Source: a virus
Length of the DNA: 46,902 nt
Reading direction: 5' to 3' (one strand)
Virus record (IMG/VR): IMGVR_UViG_3300043426_000009
The notes under the pieces are model-generated. The model did no database searches and was not told the DNA's origin. It saw only the letters and a list, made by a program, of their open reading frames with translations. Positions 35,297 to 43,212 of this stretch are shown one piece after another (the first letter of the stretch is position 1; each line of letters begins with the position of its first letter). The translations under genes and the position numbers were made by a program.

Positions 35297-35986
35297 TCAA
35301 AACAACGACGTTTGAGATTGTTCATTTGTAATTCTTTTGGTTAAAACTGAATAATATTTTTTATCAATTTCGCTTCCTAAAAAATTTCTTTTTTCTTTTA
35401 TACAAGCAATTGCAGTTGTACCACTTCCCATAAATGGGTCAAAAATCAAATCGTTTTCTTTACTTGAATTTACAACCAAAGTGCGAATAATGTTTAATGG
35501 CTTAACAGTTGGGTGTTCAAAATCGCTTTTTGAATTGTTTTGCAAAAAATATTTCTTCTTACTTGCGTAATCGCCACCTAAATAAGCTCCTTTACCTCTC
35601 ATAAAAATTATGTATTCAGTATCGCTTAAATATTTATTATTGGTTGTAGGTATTGGATTTAGCTTGTGGTAGCAAAGTATATCTGTATTCATATTATTTT
35701 CTTTTCCCCAAAGAAGTATTTGTAAAACTTGGTCTTTTGAGCAAAAAAAGTAACAATTAAATATTTTCAAAACTCTTTTACATTCGTCTAAAACAATATT
35801 TTCAAAACCATCACTTAATGATTTAACGCCTTTGTGATAATCTCGTTGTTCAGTCCCAAAACAACCGCCACCGCCACCACTAACAATTTCATACGGTGGA
35901 TCTGCAATTACTAAATCAACAGAATTGTCGGGCAATCTTTTTAAGGTGTTTAAACAATCCTCATTGTATATTTTATTTAATTCCAT
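35297..35986 (-). CDS. DNA methyltransferase, DPPY type (N6-adenine or N4-cytosine, beta-class order) (229 aa)
   Basis: Motif IV VIADPPYEI lies near the N-terminus and motif I DPFMGSGTT near the C-terminus. Composition is atypical, and the gene has its own promoter copy and a long leader. Confidence 0.8.
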   Translation of the reverse strand: MELNKIYNEDCLNTLKRLPDNSVDLVIADPPYEIVSGGGGGCFGTEQRDYHKGVKSLSDGFENIVLDECKRVLKIFNCYFFCSKDQVLQILLWGKENNMNTDILCYHKLNPIPTTNNKYLSDTEYIIFMRGKGAYLGGDYASKKKYFLQNNSKSDFEHPTVKPLNIIRTLVVNSSKENDLIFDPFMGSGTTAIACIKEKRNFLGSEIDKKYYSVLTKRITNEQSQTSLF

Positions 35987-36168
35987 TTATATAAAATTAT
36001 TAGTAAATAAAAGCACCATCGCACAACAGCCGTTTTGCAAAAGCGGGGTTTCGGTGTTTAATTCAAGTTTTATGCTATTATCAATCATTTGTGCTATATT
36101 TAAAGTTTAGTGATTTTAATCCCCCGCCTTCGCAAAGCGGGCAGACCGTTTTAAAGTTTTTTACTTCG
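35987..36168 (-). promoter_or_regulatory. Long structured 5' leader of the DPPY methyltransferase gene
   Basis: About 180 nt lie between the promoter and the ATG. Hairpin CCCGC-9 nt-GCGGG spans 36123-36141 and the near-palindrome CCGTTTTGCAAAAGCGG spans 36030-36046. An alternative 6-bp GC pairing (36043-36048 with 36122-36127) is mutually exclusive with both. Confidence 0.4.
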
Positions 36169-36213
36169 CAAATGTAAATAAAAAAATGTATTATAAAAAC
36201 ATTTTTTAATTTA
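36168..36213 (-). promoter_or_regulatory. Promoter/operator cassette, copy 3 of the exact 25-mer
   Basis: GCAAATGTAAATAAAAAAATGTATT at 36168-36192. TACATTTG -7 box (36169-36176). Inverted repeat AAAAATGT-N9-ACATTTTT at 36182-36206. The -33 position reads TTTT. Confidence 0.65.
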
Positions 36214-36226
36214 TTTTAAAAATATT

Positions 36227-36610
36227 TTAAAACGTCAAATCATCGTGTTCTTCTTCTTTTGTCGTTGATTGTGGATTTGTTGTTGTTTGTTGTTTGTTTT
36301 GATATTCATCAACCGCACTTGTTGATTTTGGCGCTTGACCAACTTTTTCCAATTTCCAACCACGCAATGAATTGAAATATTTTTTTTCGCCTTGCGGATT
36401 GATCCATTCACGACCGTTGATGTTGATTGCAATTTTTACAACATCATCAAGTTTGTAATTATTTAATAAATCGCATTTGTCTTGCGTGAATTCTATCAAT
36501 ATTTTTTGCGGATATTGTTCATCCGTTTCAATTGCAACGTCTCTTTTTTTGAATGATGCCGAAATTTCTTTTACATCATCAATCAATATTAGTTTTCCTA
36601 TTAAGTCCAT
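36227..36610 (-). CDS. DUF3127-type OB-fold protein, probable single-stranded DNA-binding protein (127 aa)
   Basis: The pattern ETDEQYPQKILIEFTQDKCDLL...INGREW...YFNSLRGWKLEKV is typical of Bacteroidota DUF3127. The acidic C-terminal tip EEEHDDLTF resembles the SSB tail. Confidence 0.65.
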   Translation of the reverse strand: MDLIGKLILIDDVKEISASFKKRDVAIETDEQYPQKILIEFTQDKCDLLNNYKLDDVVKIAININGREWINPQGEKKYFNSLRGWKLEKVGQAPKSTSAVDEYQNKQQTTTNPQSTTKEEEHDDLTF

Positions 36611-36614
36611 TTTT

Positions 36615-36806
36615 TTAAGTTTCTTTTATTGAACAATATCCAACTTGATACGCTTGATATTTACAACCTGGTTGTTTTTCCATATCAAGATATTGTTGAA
36701 ATGTCATTGTTTTTTTCTTTATAATTCCGTTTTGAAATCTGAAAACATCCACCATTGTTTCCGGCGGTGTTTTAACATACAATGTTTCTTTTTGCTTTTG
36801 AGTCAA
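36615..36806 (-). CDS. Small hypothetical protein (46-63 aa; start uncertain)
   Basis: The track start at 36920 lies inside the NinG-like gene. A TTG at 36806 lies just after that gene's stop, and an ATG lies at 36755. Confidence 0.35.
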   Translation of the reverse strand: MTQKQKETLYVKTPPETMVDVFRFQNGIIKKKTMTFQQYLDMEKQPGCKYQAYQVGYCSIKET

Positions 36807-36807
36807 T

Positions 36808-37278
36808 TTACTTGCGGCCACCGTGAATTTTTGAAAGTTGATATTGTTTTGATAATTCCGGATTGTTTTCAAGTTCCAAATTATGTTCCAAACAACACCC
36901 GGCAAAATAACGCACATCAATTGTCAAAGGAATATTATTTTCACGTGCCCAATCATCGGCAAAACCAATTCGGCCCATTGTGTGTTCAATTGTTGTTGAA
37001 TTGCGATTGCAACCATCAATGAAACAAATTTTGTTTTCTGGTTTTGACAAAAATTCAATTCTTAGAACTGTATATTTTGCATTGATGATTTTTTGTTTTT
37101 GCGAAATTTTGTTGATTGGTTTTCTTGGCTTATTATTCCAAACAATCGGTTTTTTTTCTTTTGGTTTTTCGCATTTCTTTTGACATTCAATTGAACAATA
37201 TTTGTCGGTTGTTTTGAACAATTTGAATTCTTTGCGGCATTCCTGATTTTTACAATTTTTGTGCGTTTTTAGTTTCAT
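36808..37278 (-). CDS. NinG/Rap-like recombination endonuclease (156 aa)
   Basis: An N-terminal zinc motif (CKNQECRKEF...DKYCSIECQKKC) and a C-terminal Cys/His cluster (CFIDGC...EH...CCLEHN) match lambda NinG-family proteins. Confidence 0.6.
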   Translation of the reverse strand: MKLKTHKNCKNQECRKEFKLFKTTDKYCSIECQKKCEKPKEKKPIVWNNKPRKPINKISQKQKIINAKYTVLRIEFLSKPENKICFIDGCNRNSTTIEHTMGRIGFADDWARENNIPLTIDVRYFAGCCLEHNLELENNPELSKQYQLSKIHGGRK

Positions 37279-37285
37279 AATATTT

Positions 37286-37301
37286 GGGCGGTTTCCCGCC
37301 C
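37286..37301. other. GC-rich hairpin GGGCGG-tttc-CCGCCC, second copy of the repeated element
   Basis: The same flanks as 22415-22432 (ATTTGGGCGG...CCGCCCGTTTTAA). It lies between the stop at 37310 and the ATG at 37278. Confidence 0.6.
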
Positions 37302-37309
37302 GTTTTAAA

Positions 37310-37930
37310 TTATTTCAACTTTGTTTCATCTTTTTCCGTTCCTGGTTCTTTGAACAAATCCGGATTTTCTTTTTTCTTCAATTCGGTTTCGATGTCAAGT
37401 TGCAATTTTTTTGATTGAAAACGATATGCGTAAACTTCTTTTTTGATTTTTTCGCAAATTTCTTGAACTTCATTTTCGTAACCTAAAACATCTTTTCCGA
37501 ATGTGATTTTGGAAACGGCCATTCCGATTGATCCACCTTTTGGAAGTTTCAATGAACCGGTAACCATTACGCCGTAAGTTTCGCCATCGCCTAAAAATGT
37601 AATCCCGTTTACATTGCAACGTGAAGTCGCTTCTTTGTGTCCGTCCATTGCCATTTTTAAAACATCCAAATCTTTTTTCGTGTGTTCACGTGAAAAATCC
37701 CATCCGTCTAAAATTCCGATTCTTTGGGCCATATATGGGGCCAATTCATCAAGTGATGCTTGCAAGTCCGGATGTGGTTGAACTTCGCCGATTTTTGTCA
37801 ATTGCCCGGCATCATTTCCGGATTCGTGATGCGTAACGTCCGCACCATCTTTCGTGATTTTAACTTTGATTAAATCGAAATGTTGATATTCCAATTGTCT
37901 CAATTTTTGTTCTTCGTGTGATTTTGCCAT
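37310..37930 (-). CDS. Hypothetical protein (206 aa)
   Basis: ATG at 37930. No motif recognised. Confidence 0.5.
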   Translation of the reverse strand: MAKSHEEQKLRQLEYQHFDLIKVKITKDGADVTHHESGNDAGQLTKIGEVQPHPDLQASLDELAPYMAQRIGILDGWDFSREHTKKDLDVLKMAMDGHKEATSRCNVNGITFLGDGETYGVMVTGSLKLPKGGSIGMAVSKITFGKDVLGYENEVQEICEKIKKEVYAYRFQSKKLQLDIETELKKKENPDLFKEPGTEKDETKLK

Positions 37931-37955
37931 TTTTAGCGATTTTTAAATTAAACAA

Positions 37956-38240
37956 TTATTTATTTTTATGATGATTTATGCAATCATTTTTGTTTTCAAA
38001 TATTAATTCGTGGCCGGTCAATTTTGTTTCAACATTGAGTGTTTTTGCTAATGATACAAATGAACTTTCATTTCCTTTGATAATCATAAAACCGGCACAT
38101 TGTAATTTTTTGTTTTTATGACAAACAAACGAATGTTGATTTAATATTTCAATCATTCGATTTTCGCCCAACCAACCTTTCAAACTATCTTTTCTAAACG
38201 GACAATCTTTGCACGGTTTTTTACAATTTGGCAAATTCAT
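37956..38240 (-). CDS. Cys-rich, putative zinc-binding small protein (94 aa)
   Basis: ATG at 38240 forms an ATGA overlap. Contains CKKPCKDCPF...CHKN...CAG. Confidence 0.5.
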   Translation of the reverse strand: MNLPNCKKPCKDCPFRKDSLKGWLGENRMIEILNQHSFVCHKNKKLQCAGFMIIKGNESSFVSLAKTLNVETKLTGHELIFENKNDCINHHKNK

Positions 38241-38614
38241 TTTGATTGTGCTTTTATCGACATATCAAGTTGATATTGCATTGCATCACGCACGTTGATT
38301 ATTGCATTAATTCTTTGATCTAATGATGTGATGAATTTTTTGCATTCACTTGGTGTCGTTGCAATATAATATCCTTTTCCGGTCGCAATCAAATTATAAA
38401 TTAAATTATTAATTCTAATGTGATTTATTATTTTTCGCAATCGTGCCGGATCAATTTTATAGTTTGCACCTTTCATCAGCTTTATAATTTCCGTTGATGA
38501 AATTTGATTTGATTCGCCACGTTTGGTGTTGAATCCTTTTATAATCGCCGGAAGAAGTGTTTTTTCTTCATAATCGGTCAATTCGTGTGTTTGTTCTTCA
38601 AATCCGTCAATCAT
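38237..38614 (-). CDS. Hypothetical protein, possibly winged-helix-like (125 aa)
   Basis: ATG at 38614 lies 1 nt after the upstream stop (38616-38618). The track start at 38719 lies inside the upstream ORF. Confidence 0.5.
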   Translation of the reverse strand: MIDGFEEQTHELTDYEEKTLLPAIIKGFNTKRGESNQISSTEIIKLMKGANYKIDPARLRKIINHIRINNLIYNLIATGKGYYIATTPSECKKFITSLDQRINAIINVRDAMQYQLDMSIKAQSK

Positions 38615-38615
38615 A

Positions 38616-38903
38616 TCAAAAATCAATATAGTTAAACAATTCATCTTTTGTGAAATTGAATTTTGCATTTTCACCGTTATTTCTGAATAAAAATATTTCG
38701 TGAATTTCAAAATTTGCAATTACAATTTTGTGATTTTCGATTTTCATATTAACACATAATTCAACTGTTAAATGATAAACGTTTTCGTTATCTTCTTTGA
38801 AATAAGAATTCAAATTTACGAACTGAGTTTGATTGTTTTCAAAACTCACTTTATCTGGTAGGAATTCCAGATTTTCAAGAATTTTTGATTTTGTATTTTC
38901 CAC
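38616..38903 (-). CDS. Orphan AT-rich ORF behind a duplicated promoter (95 aa from GTG)
   Basis: The track start at 38996 lies upstream of and inside the promoter copy. A conserved ATCGTG gives a GTG at 38903, about 15 nt after the predicted transcription start. The ORF is CG-depleted relative to its neighbours. Confidence 0.45.
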   Translation of the reverse strand: MENTKSKILENLEFLPDKVSFENNQTQFVNLNSYFKEDNENVYHLTVELCVNMKIENHKIVIANFEIHEIFLFRNNGENAKFNFTKDELFNYIDF

Positions 38904-38950
38904 GATAAAAAGTTTTTGTTTTGGCAAATGTAAATAAAAAAATGTATTTA
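38901..38950 (-). promoter_or_regulatory. Promoter/operator cassette, copy 2 of the exact 25-mer (upstream half truncated)
   Basis: GCAAATGTAAATAAAAAAATGTATT at 38924-38948. TACATTTG -7 box (38925-38932). The downstream leader is near-identical to the 43.2 kb copy. The upstream half is replaced by the 3' end of the RusA-like gene. Confidence 0.55.
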
Positions 38951-38958
38951 CGATAAAT

Positions 38959-39498
38959 TTAAAATAAAGATTGTTGTGTTTGCTCCAGGCGTCCAATAAT
39001 TTTCAATTCAATTGCGGGATAACCTTTTTTATATTTCATATTGATTTCATCAACAAATCGAACCGTGTCATCTTTTAAAACATTGATTGTTTTAATTTCA
39101 TTGTCATATTTTTCGGCATTGATAATTTGTTTTGATGATGGTGTTTTCATTAAGTCAAGCAAAATTTTAGTCCAAAAATAAACTTTATTGTCAAGATCAA
39201 AATTGTCGGTCGGGAAATGATATGTGATTTCGATTTTGCATTTTTCAATTTTTGGAATTTCTTGAATGTGTTGCATCATCCATTCTTTAGCGAAATTGAC
39301 AACTTTTGATTTTATAGCCCAATGTGTACCATCATAAAAAATATTTGCGGTCAAATAATTAACATCTTTTTCAATCAATTTTCCTTTTGAATCAAGTTTG
39401 ATTTTTTTGTTAATCTTTTCATATTTAGTCGGCGGATCACGGAACATTTCGTGAAATAAAATATCATCCATTTGATTTGAATTTAAAATTTTTGTCAT
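38959..39498 (-). CDS. RusA-like Holliday junction resolvase (179 aa)
   Basis: NFDLDNKVYFWTKILLDLM and NVLKDD match the RusA D-x-DN...K...D...DD pattern. An alternative ATG at 39471 gives an 8-nt overlap with the upstream gene. Confidence 0.5.
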   Translation of the reverse strand: MTKILNSNQMDDILFHEMFRDPPTKYEKINKKIKLDSKGKLIEKDVNYLTANIFYDGTHWAIKSKVVNFAKEWMMQHIQEIPKIEKCKIEITYHFPTDNFDLDNKVYFWTKILLDLMKTPSSKQIINAEKYDNEIKTINVLKDDTVRFVDEINMKYKKGYPAIELKIIGRLEQTQQSLF

Positions 39499-40504
39499 TT
39501 CTTAATTCAAGAAACTTTCTTTTTGTGATGACATTTTGTGCGATGTTCATCGTTGAATCACGTGTGATTTCTTTATATTTTTCTTCACGTTTGTTTTCAC
39601 GCACAACCGGGATGCAACTTTTCATCAAGACTGAAATTGATTCACGAATTTGTTTTTTTTCCAATGAACGTGCCGCATCAAACATCGCATCATCAATTTC
39701 ATCAAAATCGGTTGTTTTTAAATATTCGTTTTCCAACATAAATTTTTTCACAAATGACCAAGCGACTTCGCCCATATTTTGCAAATAATCATCGGATTCT
39801 ATCAACAAATCATTCATAAATGCAACAACATCAATTTTTTCTTCGACTTTTGGTTTTTCAAGTTTTTTCCAATTTTCTTGAATTTCTTGTTGTGTCAATT
39901 TTCGTGTTGATTTAATTTGTCGGAATGAACCAGTTTCAAGAAAATCGAAATGTTCAAAATATACCATTTGCATAAATCTATCAGCAACACGGCCGTCATA
40001 ATTTTTTGCGATTTCTTCAATTGTCAAATTCGTTGTTCCAAACGTGCGAAATCCTTTCGACACCCACCATTCATAACGTTTTAATAATACGAATCGAATG
40101 ACATTCATTTTGTTGTTGTAATGCGAAAAAAATTTGTCATCGCCTTCATCGCCTATGTCATCAATAAATAAATTTTTTACTTTTATGAATTCCAAAAGTT
40201 CTGCTTCGCCTTTTTCTTTGAAAACATTGACCAATTCTTTTGCACTTGTTTTTTTGAAAATATATTGGTTTCTTATTCTGAAATGTCGATGATGAACAAC
40301 ATCGAAAAAAAATGATTTACCGACACCATATTTTTTGTTGAATGCAATTATCCCACGATTATAATCAACTTCGGGATCATTATTGAAATTATAAATCACA
40401 TCCAAACAAAATGTAAATGTTTTTTCAATTGTTGGCGATGTAATGAATTTTTTAACAAAAAACATTTCAGCTTCATTAATAAATCTTTTATACGAATCTT
40501 TCAT
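39464..40504 (-). CDS. DnaC/IstB-like AAA+ ATPase, probable helicase loader (346 aa)
   Basis: Walker A YGVGKS and Walker B LFIDDIGDE, followed by KRY...GTTNL...GRVADRF as in DnaC-family loaders. Confidence 0.75.
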   Translation of the reverse strand: MKDSYKRFINEAEMFFVKKFITSPTIEKTFTFCLDVIYNFNNDPEVDYNRGIIAFNKKYGVGKSFFFDVVHHRHFRIRNQYIFKKTSAKELVNVFKEKGEAELLEFIKVKNLFIDDIGDEGDDKFFSHYNNKMNVIRFVLLKRYEWWVSKGFRTFGTTNLTIEEIAKNYDGRVADRFMQMVYFEHFDFLETGSFRQIKSTRKLTQQEIQENWKKLEKPKVEEKIDVVAFMNDLLIESDDYLQNMGEVAWSFVKKFMLENEYLKTTDFDEIDDAMFDAARSLEKKQIRESISVLMKSCIPVVRENKREEKYKEITRDSTMNIAQNVITKRKFLELRNDKNFKFKSNG

Positions 40505-40505
40505 T

Positions 40506-41300
40506 TTATTTCAAATTTGGTTCATCGGACGGTGCAAATACAAAATTATTTGATCCGGTTGTTAATGTTGAATTTTGAATTATATCGGTTGATTCAACCA
40601 AATATGAATCCATTTTATTTCCAAACAATGTTTCTGGCCGGATGTATTTTTTCATTTTTTCATCATTTGACCATTTTATTATTGCAGCATCAATGACTTT
40701 TTTAAAATCATCAATTTTGAATCCTTCTTTTATTCTGGCTTTTATTGGTGTTAAATTTCCGTTTGTCAATTTAAAACCTTGGCCACCTCTTTTTTCATTC
40801 AAGTATTTAATCACATCATCTGGAATCGTTGGTAAATCAATTTCTTCAAACAATGTCGGTTCCGATTCTTGGAACAATGATATTTCTTTATTATCATTTT
40901 TATTATTATTTGATTTATTATTATTTGTTTGAACTATTTCTTTTTCTTGTTTTGAATTTGTTTGAATCCCAGTATTTAAAAATATTAAAATCTTGTTTTC
41001 AACAACTTTGAAATGTAGTTTTGCGGGAATTCCTTTCAACTTAGTTTCAACATATCCGACATCATTCAATATTTTTAAACATCGTTTTTGTGCGTGATAA
41101 TTCAATGATGTTGATGATTCTATGTTTTCCGATGTGTTATAAAAATAACCGTCATCATCAAGTTCATTTCTTGTTTCAAAATAAGAATGTTTGTCAATTA
41201 AATCGGCCAACAAAACGGCTGGTTCTATTCCGATATTTTTTGCAATTTCTTTGTTGACTATCCAAAACGCACTTTGTCCAAGTATTTTTTGTAAAATCAT
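40506..41300 (-). CDS. Replication initiator-like protein with a Phg_2220_C-type C-terminal domain (264 aa)
   Basis: An N-terminal wHTH-like region, an N-rich linker, and the C-terminal YLNEKRG...FKLTNGNLTPIKARIKEGFKIDDFKKVIDAAIIKW...YIRPETLFGNKMDSYL. ATG at 41300; the track start at 41303 is TTG. Confidence 0.6.
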   Translation of the reverse strand: MILQKILGQSAFWIVNKEIAKNIGIEPAVLLADLIDKHSYFETRNELDDDGYFYNTSENIESSTSLNYHAQKRCLKILNDVGYVETKLKGIPAKLHFKVVENKILIFLNTGIQTNSKQEKEIVQTNNNKSNNNKNDNKEISLFQESEPTLFEEIDLPTIPDDVIKYLNEKRGGQGFKLTNGNLTPIKARIKEGFKIDDFKKVIDAAIIKWSNDEKMKKYIRPETLFGNKMDSYLVESTDIIQNSTLTTGSNNFVFAPSDEPNLK

Positions 41301-41303
41301 CAA

Positions 41304-42074
41304 TTATTTATTTATAAGTTCAATCGCTAATTTAACACGATTTTCAAGAAACATTTTGTCTTCAACCGGAACTTCAAAACGAATGACATTGATGTTTTGA
41401 ATTCCAGATTCTTTATAAATATATGGCAACTCATCTTCTTTTGCACGACCAACTAACCAAAACGGTTCCGCAAGTTGACTGTTATACAATTTGATTTGTT
41501 CCAATTCTTCATAATATGGCATAAACACAATCAATTCGGCATAACGTGCTTTTAATATTGATGCGTTACTCACTAATTGCCAATAGTATTTTTCGCCCTC
41601 TTTTGATTGTTTTCGGATTGATTGTATTATTTCATTTCCGTTGATTGTTTTCTTCTTAGAAACGTTCAAACCGTCAAAATCATACAAATCTTTAACCAAG
41701 TTGTAAAATGCTTTTCGTGTCAATGGACATTTTATGTCCGTGATTGTATCAACTTTTTTGTCAACTTCAATTTTTCCGTCCGGCGTTCCAACCCATTCCG
41801 GAAATTTCGGGTGTTCAAATGTTACATCGGATTGAAATTGATATTTAAAACCCAATGAATCGTGAACAATTTTTTCGCAAAGTTTGCCCCACGAAAACGC
41901 CATTACTTCAACACTGTTTTCAAGTCGTTGTTTAAAAAATCTTTCCATTCTGCATTCTTCAACGTATGTGAAAAATGGTGCGCCTGGTTCGCCTTTGCTT
42001 CTTCCGTTTGATGTCAATGCGACAATATCGCTTGATGTGCATCTTCCAATTCTAATGTTTGATAAATTTCCCAC
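41304..42074 (-). CDS. YqaJ/lambda-Exo-like PD-(D/E)xK recombination exonuclease (256 aa)
   Basis: Motifs GTPDG, ITDIKCP and YYWQLVSNA. The start at 42074 is GTG. Confidence 0.7.
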   Translation of the reverse strand: MGNLSNIRIGRCTSSDIVALTSNGRSKGEPGAPFFTYVEECRMERFFKQRLENSVEVMAFSWGKLCEKIVHDSLGFKYQFQSDVTFEHPKFPEWVGTPDGKIEVDKKVDTITDIKCPLTRKAFYNLVKDLYDFDGLNVSKKKTINGNEIIQSIRKQSKEGEKYYWQLVSNASILKARYAELIVFMPYYEELEQIKLYNSQLAEPFWLVGRAKEDELPYIYKESGIQNINVIRFEVPVEDKMFLENRVKLAIELINK

Positions 42075-42087
42075 GAGTTTAATGTTT

Positions 42088-42663
42088 TTATAAGTTTCTT
42101 AAAAATTTTAATGTTTTATCATACGATGTGATTTCTTTGTTTTCGATGATTCTTTTGATGTGTTCAAAATCATCGGCCGGAATCAATGTTTCTTTTTCCG
42201 AAAACAATTTGTCAAGTTCTTTTTCTTTGGCTTCATCATCTTGAATGATTAACGGTTTCACACTCCAAATATCCGATTTAAAAGCATTAGTTGAATTCTT
42301 TTGTTTTCCCAAATATTCAATTCTTAACGGTGTGCCGGCAACTATTTTTCCGGAATTCATAGCACTTTGTAATGATGCAACTAATCGTTTTGAACCATTT
42401 CGGAATGTTTTCAATTCGCCGGTTTCTTTTTGTTCTAAAAATATGATGCACGGAAGTTCGATTGTTTCGCCAGTTTGTTCATCGGTATAACTTGAACTTT
42501 TAATGTCTTGGAAGAAACACAATTTTGTTTCGCCCTCTTTTTCCGGCGTCCAATATTCGCTGGTTAAATCAATTGGCAAAATCTTTGCACCTTGCAAATT
42601 CGGCAATTCTTCAAGTAAATCATAAGATTGAATTTCCGATGATGTTTTTTTTACATTTTCCAT
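42088..42663 (-). CDS. Hypothetical protein adjacent to the exonuclease, candidate recombination partner (191 aa)
   Basis: ATG at 42663. It occupies the position normally held by a single-strand annealing protein. No SSAP family motif was recognised. Confidence 0.35.
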   Translation of the reverse strand: MENVKKTSSEIQSYDLLEELPNLQGAKILPIDLTSEYWTPEKEGETKLCFFQDIKSSSYTDEQTGETIELPCIIFLEQKETGELKTFRNGSKRLVASLQSAMNSGKIVAGTPLRIEYLGKQKNSTNAFKSDIWSVKPLIIQDDEAKEKELDKLFSEKETLIPADDFEHIKRIIENKEITSYDKTLKFLRNL

Positions 42664-42687
42664 TTTAATAATTTTTTAAGATTGTTT

Positions 42688-42774
42688 TTATAATTCCGTG
42701 GCCAAAATATAAAACGGCCAACACGATCCACACGATGCAAAAAATATCAAATTTTGAATATTTTTTTGATTCAT
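42688..42774 (-). CDS. Possible 28-aa hydrophobic peptide coupled to the HTH gene
   Basis: ATG at 42774 forms a TAATG junction with the HTH stop codon. Translates as MNQKNIQNLIFFASCGSCWPFYILATEL. It is below the ORF track threshold. Confidence 0.25.
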   Translation of the reverse strand: MNQKNIQNLIFFASCGSCWPFYILATEL

Positions 42775-43028
42775 TATTTTTCATTTGAAACAAATTCGTT
42801 CAATTTACAATTTCCGATTTCCATCAACATTTGAAGTCTTTGAACAACATTTGGAACTTTGCCGCTTTTCCAATCCGTGAACAATTGCGGCGTAACGCCC
42901 AATTTTTCCGCAAGCAATTTTCTTGACATTTGCGGATGAACCGTTGGATTTGCTTTGTTCCATTTTTCAATGATAACATCAACATCAATAATTGTTTTCA
43001 CTTCTTTTTTTTCTTTAATTTTCGACAT
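42774..43028 (-). CDS. XRE-family helix-turn-helix transcriptional regulator (84 aa)
   Basis: HTH motif MSRKLLAEKLGVTPQLFTDWKSGK. ATG at 43028; the track start at 43073 is TTG. Confidence 0.75.
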   Translation of the reverse strand: MSKIKEKKEVKTIIDVDVIIEKWNKANPTVHPQMSRKLLAEKLGVTPQLFTDWKSGKVPNVVQRLQMLMEIGNCKLNEFVSNEK

Positions 43029-43050
43029 AATTTTTGATTTTAAATAATTA

Positions 43051-43212
43051 TTAATTGTTTTTACTATAGTCAATTTCTAAACTTGACAATGGTTTGTCAA
43101 AATTTGGGTCTTTGCGATCCACAAATTTTGTTTCTTTTTTCATTGATGAAATTTCAACTATTTTTGGAAATCCATCGGCTCTTGGCGGGTTTAATTCTGC
43201 AATTGTTTTCAC
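43051..43212 (-). CDS. Unannotated small ORF, first gene after the early promoter (53 aa from GTG)
   Basis: The GTG at 43212 lies in a conserved ATCGTG shared with the 38.9 kb cassette. Translates as MKTIAELNPPRADGFPKIVEISSMKKETKFVDRKDPNFDKPLSSLEIDYSKNN with TAA at 43051-43053. Confidence 0.35.
   Translation of the reverse strand: MKTIAELNPPRADGFPKIVEISSMKKETKFVDRKDPNFDKPLSSLEIDYSKNN

Noticed and set aside
35987-36168. Assignment of the methyltransferase leader to a known SAM or SAH riboswitch class
   Set aside because: I could not align it by eye to the SAM-I, SAM-II/V or SAH consensus cores. It is kept only as an unclassified structured leader, pending a covariance-model scan.
40880-40935. 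AT-rich imperfect repeats inside the initiator gene as possible origin iterons
   Set aside because: The stretch encodes the N/K-rich linker (NNNKSNNNKNDNK). I saw no clear iteron periodicity or flanking AT-rich unwinding element, so the evidence is insufficient.
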